From: Bacteroidota bacterium
Lineage (GTDB): Bacteria > Bacteroidota > Ignavibacteria > Kapaibacteriales > UBA2268
DNA length: 64,000 bases
Assembly (NCBI GenBank): GCA_021780815.1
Contig: JAJXYC010000009.1
Coordinates: 31,157 to 95,156 of the forward strand
Direction: 5' to 3'
Shown piece after piece: positions 10,531 through 20,900 of the stretch. The translations under genes were made by a program, and so were the position numbers. The notes under the pieces are model-generated. The model saw only the letters and a program-made list of their open reading frames with translations. It did not search any database and had not been told where the DNA came from. How positions within the stretch are numbered: the first letter of the stretch is position 1; each line of letters opens with the position of its first letter.

Positions 10531-11673
10531 ATGAAAAATATGGGAAAAGTGATGGATAAACTTGGTAAATATGAATTGAATAGTGTTTATCAAGGTGATA
10601 GTTTAGAATTTATGAAGGATTTACCAAGTAATTCAATTGATCTAATTTTTGCAGACCCACCTTATAATTTACAATTACAAAATGAACTTTATAGACCTAA
10701 TCAAACAAAAGTTGATGCTGTAAACGATGATTGGGATAAATTTAGTTCAATTGACGAATATGATAAATTTACATATAAATGGCTAAAAGAATGTCATAGA
10801 ATATTAAAAGACACTGGTAGTATTTGGGTTATAGGAACATATCATAATATTTTTCGAGTAGGAAAAATCATTCAAGATATAGGATATTGGATATTAAACG
10901 ATATTGTATGGCTAAAAACAAATCCAATGCCAAATTTCAAAGGTACAAGATTTAATAATGCACACGAAACCTTGATATGGGCAACAAAATCCAAAAATTC
11001 GAACTATACATTTCATTACCATTCAATGAAAGTGATGAATGATGATTTGCAAATGAGAAGCGATTGGCTTATACCTATATGTCAAGGAGAAGAAAGAATC
11101 AAAGTGAACGGACAAAAGGCACATTCAACACAAAAACCTGAAGAGTTGTTGTATAGAGTAATTATTTCAACTTCGAATCCTGATGATATAGTATTCGATC
11201 CATTTTCAGGCAGCGGAACAACAGCGGCAGTTGCCAAAAGATTAGGTAGAAAATTTCTTGCTTTTGAAAAAGAATCGTTTTACGTTCAAGTTGGTAGCGA
11301 AAGAGTTGAAAAAATTAAACCAATAGAAAGTTCATTATTAGAATATAAAATTGAAAAAAAAAAGCCCAAAGTGCCATTTGGTAACTTAGTTGAAAAGGGC
11401 TACATACAAATTGGTGAAAATCTATTCTCAAAAGATGGTAAATATAAAGCACAAGTTCAAGCTGATGGTTCATTAGTGTATGGTGAAATCACAGGGTCTA
11501 TTCACAAGGTCAGTTCAACAATACTTAACAAAGAAAGCAATAACGGATGGACGTTTTGGTATGTGAAAAGGCAAGATGGTATGATCTGTATTGACGAATT
11601 ACGCTGTGATTATGAAATTAAGTTCTCAATGAGAAGCAACGATATTCACTCTAAAAGCTATGTTTATATGTGA
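10531..11673 (+). CDS. Beta-class N6-adenine (N4/N6) DNA methyltransferase, CcrM/M.HinfI-like, apparently orphan
   Basis: 380 aa. Motif IV first (IDLIFADPPYNL), then HSTQKPEEL, then motif I (FDPFSGSGTTAAVAKRLGRKFLAFE), which is the beta-class order. It also has the roughly 80-aa C-terminal extension characteristic of the CcrM family. No adjacent endonuclease ORF. Confidence 0.85.
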   Translation: MKNMGKVMDKLGKYELNSVYQGDSLEFMKDLPSNSIDLIFADPPYNLQLQNELYRPNQTKVDAVNDDWDKFSSIDEYDKFTYKWLKECHRILKDTGSIWVIGTYHNIFRVGKIIQDIGYWILNDIVWLKTNPMPNFKGTRFNNAHETLIWATKSKNSNYTFHYHSMKVMNDDLQMRSDWLIPICQGEERIKVNGQKAHSTQKPEELLYRVIISTSNPDDIVFDPFSGSGTTAAVAKRLGRKFLAFEKESFYVQVGSERVEKIKPIESSLLEYKIEKKKPKVPFGNLVEKGYIQIGENLFSKDGKYKAQVQADGSLVYGEITGSIHKVSSTILNKESNNGWTFWYVKRQDGMICIDELRCDYEIKFSMRSNDIHSKSYVYM

Positions 11674-11804
11674 AATAAAATATAAAACATTAGTTAAAGT
11701 AATAAATAAAAAATTAGAAAAAATAAATAAATAATTTTAAGAAAATAATATTTATGCTATAATAAACTTAAATTATTAATTTACAAAATACTTGGCATAA
11801 AAAA

Positions 11805-12734
11805 ATGAAAGTAAATCAAGATAAAATAGATAAAATCAATCAATTAAAAAAAGAGAAAAATGCTGTTATTCTTGCTCACTTTTATCAAGAAGGTGATATT
11901 CAAGATTTGGCAGATTATGTTGGCGATTCTCTTGCCTTAAGTCAAGTAGCTCAAAAAGTCGAAGCGGACGTAATTCTTTTTGCAGGTGTAAACTTTATGG
12001 CTGAAACTGCCAAAATTTTAAATCCTTCTAAAAAAGTAATCGTTCCAGATGTTAAAGCAGGTTGCTCGCTTGCGGATTCTGCGGGACCAAAAAGATTTAA
12101 AGAATGGCGAGAAAAATATCCCGATGCTGTTGTTGTTAGCTATATTAATACAACTGCGGAAATCAAAGCAATGTCCGATATTATTTGCACTTCTTCGAAT
12201 GCAGTAAAAATAGTTAATTCTATCCCTAATGATAAATTAGTGCTGTTTGCTCCCGATAAATTTTTAGGCTCATACGTCCGTCAAGCAACAGGTCGTGAAA
12301 TGGTGCTTTGGGATGGAACTTGTCAAGTTCATGAGTTTTTTTCAGAATCCAAAGTAATCGAATTAATGGAAGAATATCCCGATGCTGAGGTATTAGCACA
12401 TCCAGAATGTCCTCCCAGTATTTTAAAGTACGCGAATGTGATTGGTTCGACTACGAAAATTATACAAAGAGCGGTTGAAAGCACCGCAGACAAGTTTATT
12501 ATTTTAACCGAACCCGGTGTAATACATAAAATGAAAAAGCTTGCCCCTGAAAAAACATACATAGAAGTGCCAAATTTGAATGGGTGCAGCTGCAATGAAT
12601 GCCCATATATGCGATTGAACACCATTGACAAAATTATTCACTCTCTCGAAACTTTACAAACAGAAATATTGATTGATGAAGAAATTAGATTAAAAGCATT
12701 AAAACCAATTCAAAAAATGTTGGAGTTAAGTTGA
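11805..12734 (+). CDS. nadA: Quinolinate synthase A
   Basis: 309 aa, typical NadA (AHFYQEGDIQDLADYVGDSLALS, three-repeat architecture with Cys ligands). Confidence 0.9.
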   Translation: MKVNQDKIDKINQLKKEKNAVILAHFYQEGDIQDLADYVGDSLALSQVAQKVEADVILFAGVNFMAETAKILNPSKKVIVPDVKAGCSLADSAGPKRFKEWREKYPDAVVVSYINTTAEIKAMSDIICTSSNAVKIVNSIPNDKLVLFAPDKFLGSYVRQATGREMVLWDGTCQVHEFFSESKVIELMEEYPDAEVLAHPECPPSILKYANVIGSTTKIIQRAVESTADKFIILTEPGVIHKMKKLAPEKTYIEVPNLNGCSCNECPYMRLNTIDKIIHSLETLQTEILIDEEIRLKALKPIQKMLELS

Positions 12735-13597
12735 TAAATTATCCTCAATACAAAGATTTACCTGAAAATTACATAAAAAGCAAAATTCAGGAATTTTTAG
12801 AAGAAGATTGTCCCAACGGGGATATTACGACAGAATTAACAATTCATCAAGACGAAGTTGCCAAAGCGATTATTTCGACAGAAGAAGAGACTGTTTTTGT
12901 TGGTGAAAAAGTATTGCCATTTTTCTTTGACGAAAATTTTAATTTTAAGCTTTTCTTTAAAGATGGGGTAAAATTAAAAAGAGGGGCAATTATTGCCGAA
13001 GTAACTGGTAAGGCACAAGCAATACTAAAAATTGAGCGCACTTTATTGAATTTATTGCAAAGGATGTGTGGAATTGCTTCACAAGTTAGACAATTTACTG
13101 AACTTGCTGATAAGTTTAATGTTCGCATATTAGATACTCGCAAAACTGTACCAGGGTTGAGATTATTTGATAAATATGCAGTTGCTGCCGCAGGAGGTTA
13201 TAACCATAGATTAGATTTATCTTCGGGCATTCTAATTAAAGACAACCATTTGTCAAATAAGGATTTAAGATACTTGCTTATCAATATTAAAAATAAAAAT
13301 ACTTCTAATTTGCCGATTGAACTAGAAGTAGATAATTTTGAACAGTTGGCAATTGGATTAGAAATTGGTGTAGATGGCTTTTTATTAGATAATTTAAAAC
13401 CTGACAAAGTAAAAGATGCCGTGGCGCTTATTCGTAATTCTACTAATGGTAACAAAATTTTTATTGAAGCATCAGGCGGCATTAATCTTATCAATTTCGA
13501 AGCATATTTAAATACAGGAATTAATGCTATTTCAATAGGCTCTTTAACGCATTCCGTTAAATCTGCAAATATTCATATTGAATTCAAACATTTATGA
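12731..13597 (+). CDS. nadC: Nicotinate-nucleotide pyrophosphorylase (carboxylating) / quinolinate phosphoribosyltransferase
   Basis: 288 aa. The 4-nt ATGA overlap with nadA is the classic nadA-nadC coupling. QPRTase family pattern (TRKTVPGLRL, ILIKDNH). Confidence 0.9.
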   Translation: MINYPQYKDLPENYIKSKIQEFLEEDCPNGDITTELTIHQDEVAKAIISTEEETVFVGEKVLPFFFDENFNFKLFFKDGVKLKRGAIIAEVTGKAQAILKIERTLLNLLQRMCGIASQVRQFTELADKFNVRILDTRKTVPGLRLFDKYAVAAAGGYNHRLDLSSGILIKDNHLSNKDLRYLLINIKNKNTSNLPIELEVDNFEQLAIGLEIGVDGFLLDNLKPDKVKDAVALIRNSTNGNKIFIEASGGINLINFEAYLNTGINAISIGSLTHSVKSANIHIEFKHL

Positions 13598-13996
13598 ATT
13601 TAATTTCATTATAAATATTTAGAATTGCAATTTTGAATTTTCAATATTAAATAAAATAAAGTCAAATAAAATAAAGTCGAATAAAATTTTTTTATATTAG
13701 AAAATCTTTAAAAAGTTTCAAATTTGACAAAAATTTATTAAATTTGAAATTCCTAGAAAAAGGGAAAAAGAAAAACAAATAAATTGAATTTATAAAAAAT
13801 TAAGTAAAAATGTGTAAATAAGTTTGTGTGTAGATTTGTGTAATAATTTCAACACTGTTTATTTAAACAAACAAAAGATAAAAAAAAAGATGAAATTTCA
13901 AGTAAAAAAAGCAAGAAAAGTGCTTTAATTTTGAATTTTACCATTAATTTTGTAAAGGTAAAAAAGTCTAAAAAGGAATTTAGAAATGTATAAAAT

Positions 13997-14070
13997 ACGC
14001 CCGTAGCTCAATTGGATAGAGTGTTGGATTCCGGTTCCAAAGGTTAAGGGTTCGAGTCCCTTCGGGCGTA
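13997..14070 (+). tRNA. tRNA-Arg (anticodon CCG)
   Basis: Hand-folded cloverleaf. Acceptor ACGCCCG/CGGGCGT, D-stem GCTC/GAGT, anticodon stem TTGGA/TCCAA with loop TTCCGGT (anticodon CCG), T-stem AAGGG/CCCTT with TTCGAGT loop, discriminator A. CCA is not encoded. Confidence 0.85.
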
Positions 14071-14108
14071 CGTCTCGGGGGAATTCAAGAAAATTAAAAC
14101 GAGGAAAT

Positions 14109-14834
14109 ATGAAAAAACAAAGTGAAAAAAATATGCAAAATCCAAATGAAGAAGTTCAAAACAAGGTAGGATTTGAGGAAGAATCTAATATAGAACAGAT
14201 TCTGAAAAAGTATAAAAATCAAGTAATAATCGGTGTTGTAGCAGTTGTAGTAATTGTGTTACTTTCTGTATTTTTATTTAATTCCAATACAAAAAAATCA
14301 GAAGAAGCTTCATTATTGCTATCTAGAATATTGCCATATTATGAACAAGGTGCTTATGATGTATCTTTAAATGGTGATAAGAAGATAGATGTTCGTGGTC
14401 AATCATTGAAAGGTTTAATATACATTGTCAATGAATATAAAAGTACCGAAGCAGGAAAACTAGCAGCGCTTTACACAGGAAGTGCATTAGTAAATTTGCA
14501 TAAATATCAAGAAGCAACAGAATACTTTGATATAGCAATGGACAATGCTTCAAAAGTTGTTAAACAAGGTGCAAGTGCAGGTATGGGACAAATAAAAGAA
14601 TATGAAAAGAACTACAAAGAAGCAAGTGATTATTACCTAAAAGCATCTGATTTTGCAATTGATAACGAAATCAAAGCGCAATATACGCTTTATTCAGCAA
14701 TTTGCTTAGAAAAGGCACAAGACAAAAATAATGCAGAAAAACAGTACAAAATAGTTTTAAATTTAGCACCAAATTCTGAATATTCAGAGTTTGCAAAAGA
14801 AGGTTTAACAAGACTTGGCATAGTTATTGATTAA
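14109..14834 (+). CDS. TPR-like repeat membrane-anchored hypothetical protein
   Basis: 241 aa. Single N-proximal TM segment (IIGVVAVVVIVLLSVFLF) followed by helical repeat-like sequence with tetratricopeptide-like spacing. Confidence 0.45.
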   Translation: MKKQSEKNMQNPNEEVQNKVGFEEESNIEQILKKYKNQVIIGVVAVVVIVLLSVFLFNSNTKKSEEASLLLSRILPYYEQGAYDVSLNGDKKIDVRGQSLKGLIYIVNEYKSTEAGKLAALYTGSALVNLHKYQEATEYFDIAMDNASKVVKQGASAGMGQIKEYEKNYKEASDYYLKASDFAIDNEIKAQYTLYSAICLEKAQDKNNAEKQYKIVLNLAPNSEYSEFAKEGLTRLGIVID

Positions 14835-14909
14835 ACATTTAGATTATTTAAATACGAAAATAATGAAAATATTTATAATTAAACAAATGTTAGAATTAGT
14901 GGAGGTATT

Positions 14910-17900
14910 ATGAAACGATTGTTTCGCCTAAGTATCCTAATGGTACTTCTGGGGGTTCTATCTTTTGGCACAATACTCGCTCAAAAGCAAGTTTTTGTAT
15001 CAGGAAGAATAGCTCCCGGAGACGTTCGGATATTTGTAAAAGACTCGGTTTACATAATTGATAGGGACTATGTAATTGGTGGTACCCTGATTATTGAACC
15101 AAGTACAACAGTGTATTTCTACCCAAATGGTAGAATCATAGACTCAACCGGCGGTAGAATTATCGCTGATGGTTATGCTTCATCAAGTTATACCGCAAAC
15201 CCAGGTGGATTAAACCCAATTGCACCAGGTTCGCCGTACGATGGATATTCTGATCCTGGTTATTTTCTTTATAATACAGGTTCAGTTAAAACAGTTAATG
15301 TTACTACTTCAAGAGATTTAACTGTTAACCCATCAAAATACAACTATTTATTTAATGTTGTATTTGATACTTTAAATAAGAAAATTATTGACCTTGCAGA
15401 TCCAACAGACCCATCTGGTGTTTATGGCAATTATCAAGGCAATAATAATCTTATAGTTATTAGCTTTGAGCAAGCAATTATGTGGCAAGCTGCAAGATTG
15501 CAATTTGCTCCAAGTGATGTAAATATTAAAATGAATCCTTGGCAAAGAATTAATCAAGGTCAAATTAATGTTCAAAATGGAGAAATTAAATTTATTGGTT
15601 CACCAGTTTCAAATTTCTCTCGTGAATGGGGACACTTTATAATTCTTCCAGGTGCTCGTGCTGCATTCTTTAGATATGCTTCTTTCAATGGATTTAGAAA
15701 AGATACTACAGTTGATAACAAAGGCTTATATAATGTTAATGCTTATCCTTGGGCCGCAACAGTTAATAAAGAGTTGAATCAATTAACAAATGGTGCTGGT
15801 GGTGCGATTACTACTTTTTCATCACGTACTTGGTTGATTGATGTAACATTCAAAAATAATATGGCTCGTTATCGTGGTGGTGCATTGCAAATTTTGCAAG
15901 CTCCAGAAGGTTTCCCTGTAGCTTCAACTACACTTGATTACTATCCACTTGATAAGAACCCAAATATTACAAATAAAGATTTATCTTTATCTTCAATCTT
16001 ATCAAAGAATCCAGTTCTAAGAACAGATAATATTGATGAAACAACAGCAGAACCATTATCTGATAATGATAGAATGGCTTATGATGATGGACGTTTAGCA
16101 TTGTATTTAGGACGTATTCGTGGATTAAAGATGGACCACAACTACGTTCAAATTGCAAATGTAGTTACAAAGAATATTGGTGGTGTAATGGTTGTTACTG
16201 ATGATGTTGACAACCCAGCTAATTACCCACAAAAATATGGTAACGGTGCTTTCGGTGGAGCAATATATATTGCTGGTCGTGATGAAAATCGTCAAATTGA
16301 AGTTGGCCTTGGTATTAATGATGCTATTAAAATTAACGGAACAACAGTTCAATTCCCTAAATACGATACATTTATAGCAACTATGAACTTTGCTGCAAAC
16401 TTCCAACAAGCAGGTAGTAGCGAAGGTGCTCGTGGTGGTGCATTATATATTGGCGACTATACATCAATGATAGTTGCTGGTGAATATTCACAAAATGAAA
16501 CATACACTAAATTTATGCAAGATGCTAATAATGGTAAAAATAGTGGTTACTACTCAATGGGTGGTGCTATCTTCTTAAGCCAAACACAAGGCAGATTGCA
16601 AATTCATGGTGGTCCTCGTCGTGCTGATTATAATAATAGTACATTATTCTATGATAATAGAGCAGGTGCTGGTGGAGCAATCTATGTTGATGGAAATGCT
16701 TTCCCGGATAAATCACCTATTATCGGTGGAACTGATTTACCTCTTGATGCTCGTAATTTTGGTTTCGGTATTAAATTTAATCAAAATAAAGCAGTTTCTT
16801 GGGGTGGTGCTATATTTACTAATCGTAATTTCTGGATTAATGGTTCTGGTGGAACTCAATCAGGCGCTTTAATCGGTTATGATGGAAACTATTCAGTTGT
16901 ATTTGATGGAAATACTGCCGGTTATGCAGGTGGTGCGATTCATGTTTCTATACCTGTTAGCGATATTACTCCATTAAGTCAAAGAACAGTTCAAATGTTT
17001 AGAACTCGCTTTTTAAATAATACAGTTGGCGAAGATATAACTGGCGATAACCGTTTAGAAGTTCGTGGTGGTGGTGCTATTTATGCTCTTAACGCTGAAC
17101 TCAACTTACTTAAAGGCGTTGAATTTAATGCTAACGCAGTTCGTAATGGTAATGGTGCCGCAATTGCATTCATTAACCCTACAAATGAAGTTAAAAGATA
17201 TTTCTTGTCAGATGTTGATGTTGCTAACTTAAATGAATCAACTGGTTTAGTTGATGGTTATACTTCAACAAATGATATCTTTACTTATAATACAAATATT
17301 CCTGCAACAGCATCTATGCTCACTCGCTTTATTGATAATAAAATATCTATTGATGATGATATTTTACAAAGTCAAAGCGGTAGCGGTGCAACTCAACTCT
17401 GGCAAGGTACTGCTCAAACAACTGAAAAATTGTTAGGTACTTATTGGATTAATCCAAGCAATGGAGTTGCTGTTGGCTATAATGGAATTATTGTTCGCTT
17501 TACTAATGGCGGTACAAATTGGTCATATCCATCTTCACCAACTTCATACAGATTAGAATCTGTTATTTTCACAAATGAAAGTACTGGTTTTGCTGTTGGT
17601 GACCGTGGAGTAATTTTAAAAACTGATGATGGTGGTTATAATTGGAGAATTATCGCTGGTGTACCAACTGATAAATGTATCCAAGATGTTAATTTTGTTG
17701 GTACAAACTATGGATTTGCTGTAACTGAAAATGGTCAAATATTAGTTTCAACAGATGCTGGTGAAACTTGGACATTAAAACACAATACATCAAATTCATT
17801 AAATGGTGTGTACTTCAAAACTAACTTAATCGGTTATGCAGTTGGACAAAATGGTGCTGTATTAAAAACAGTAGATGGTGGTTTAAACTGGGTTGTTGTT

Positions 17901-20900
17901 TCAATCCCTGGATTGCATGATGACTTAAATAAAGTAATCTTTATCAATAACTCAACTGGTTTTGCTGTTGGTAAAAATGGAACTTTGATTAAAACAGTAG
18001 ATGGTGGCGATACTTGGGATATTACTAATACAGGTACTCCATATACTTTACAATCTATTTCATTCTATGGCACAAGCGTAGGTTATATCGCTGCACAATA
18101 TGGTACAATATTAAAAACAACAGATGGTGGTGCAACTTGGAATGCTTTAACAAGTGGTACAAGCTATAGTGTTAATGATATTAATGTTGTAGATGCTAAT
18201 ACAATTTATGCAGTTGGCGATGTAGGAATGTTATTGAAAACAACAGATGCTGGTGCAACTTGGAACAATATGAAACCAGCAGATCAAAGTTACGTAGATG
18301 TTAAAAGATACCATCAAGAAATTAACTTCCCAGAAAATGGTGTAGGTCTTGGTGCTGGTATTTACATATTAGATAGATTAACTGATAAGTTTGTTCCTCG
18401 TCAGGATAGTATTATGTTTAACCGTGTTCGTTTTGAAGGAAACGAATCATACACAGGTTCTGCAATCTATTCAGATAATTATGATTTAAAACTTATCTTT
18501 AACCGTTCATTAATTACAGATAACACTGCATTATCAGAAGTTGGCAAAGCACAAAATTATATTACTGGTGCAGTATTCCAAGATGCCCAAAAGAATGTAA
18601 CTGGTAATTTTGCATCAAGTGATTTAGCAGGTGCTACAATTTATGGTGAGGTTCAAGGACCATTACCTTACTCAATTTTCTCAGAAGCTGCTAACTCAAT
18701 TTATGGTAACCAAGCACGTTTCTTAATTAGATTACCAGATGCTCCAAATACAAAAGGTATTTTGGCTGGTACAACTGGTATTGGATTTGGTGGAACAGAT
18801 ACATTACGTGGAAATTATTGGGGACATACCGAAGCTGATGTAAATTTAGCACTCTCCAATATGAAAATAAAATTCTACAATGAAAACACTGGTGAAACAC
18901 AAGAATATGATAATGTTGTAAATGAAACCTTCTTCATTGAAAAAGGCGATACTTCATATTTACCATATATATATCCAGCAACAAGTGACCCACGTAATCA
19001 AGGTCCATTTGAAATGTATGGTACAGTTATGAATGGAACAGTAGAACAAGTTAAGGAATTCGTTTATACACCGATACCTGCTAAAAATGGAGTTGATGAA
19101 AATACAACAGACGCAATGTCAATTCCAGAAAAATACTTGTTCTCAGGAAGAATATACGATATTTATGATAAAGGAACTGATATAAAAACAGCTGACTACA
19201 GCAAACGTAGATTAGTTCCAATTGAAGATTTTGCAGTTGGTATTCCACCAATCGTAAAAAGATATACAGACAACACAATGCCATCATACGGTAAATATAT
19301 CAAATTGTGGACACGTGACCCATATTATGTAGAAAGTGGTTCATATCCTCAATTATCTGCATTGCAAACTGAATTCCATGCAGATAAAGATGGTAATTAC
19401 TATCATCCAATAGGTTATCCATTATATATGGAAGCTAGTGTAGATTATAGTGGTGATGATAATACAGTAAATAATGATTATCATTTATTAAATCAAACAG
19501 TTTATTTTGTAATTAATGAAACAACTGGTGATTATATCCGTGTTCCATTAACACAAGTAAGCGAAGTTGCACCAAGTAACGAAGTATTTCGTGCAACAGT
19601 TGAATTAGTACCTGATTTATCAAGAAGAAATGCAAATCCATTAATTAGAAGAACTGCAGAAGGTTTAGCAAATTATGGAACAGGTCCATTCTTGTTAGAA
19701 AACTTGTTCCGCAATCCATATAAAGAAGATGCAGGTGCATTACAAGGACGTAAATATATTGCTGATTATCAACAATTTGGAACAGTTCCTGATTTGTTCA
19801 GCAATAGACTTGGTATGCCTCAATCTAATTTCTTAAATGGCATTTCAAATACAACATTCTTTGCAGGCGAAAAATATACTGCTCTTCCAGTAAATGTTGG
19901 CGATGTTGTAAGAATAATTTCACGTACTTCATTATGGAGAGATGGTGCAAATAAAGCTTATGAAGATGGTATTTCATTTGTAATTACAGGAAGCACAGAA
20001 CCTCCAGTATTTACGGGTAATATACCAACATTAGATAATGTAACACCAAAAGAATTTAAAGATAAAATCTTCGTATCAGAAGATAGATCATATCCTGCTG
20101 ATATTTCTGCTCCATACAGTCAATTAGATGATCCAACACGTCGTGGTCGTGATTCTATAATTACTATTACAGCAATTGATCCAAATCAATTATATGACCC
20201 ACGTTCTTGGGATAATAATAATTGGTCAAATCAATATCCACAAATTACTTATTCTTGGTCAGTAGATCAAAACTCAGCAGCTTATCGTTGGTTATTAGCA
20301 GATACAGTTAAATCAAGCAGTGATATGACTTGGGGAGCAAGAGGATATATCCATTTACATGGACAACCTCTGAATCCTTATGTAGTTCCTGGTGGTGATT
20401 CTGTTACAGTTGGAGCTGCAAACTATCCTCCAAACTTTAGAACACTTGATTCATTGAAGGCTGTTGGTGCACCACAAGATGTTATCGATAGATTTATTGA
20501 AACATTCCCATCATATTACAGTTCACCTGTTTATGATGTAGCTAATGCAAGATTCCTACAACAAGATACAATTGATTTTGGAAAGAGTTATACACGCTTC
20601 CAAGGCTTCCGTATATTTGTAGTTGATAGTGTTCCTAGATTTATTGACCCAGGTACACCACAAACAGAGTTGGGTCCAGTAAAAGTTATTACAAATCTTG
20701 ATACACGTCAAACAGAAGATAAATACTATACTCCATCTGTTTATACTTGTAAGACAACTGCTGATGGTAGATTGATTGCAAACTTAACGGACAAATTGAG
20801 ATTCCAAATAGATTTAAATACTGATGACGAAAATGAAGATAGCTGGGCTACAAAGTGGAATTGGACTTATGGTCGTACAGCTTATGGCTTTGCAAATACT

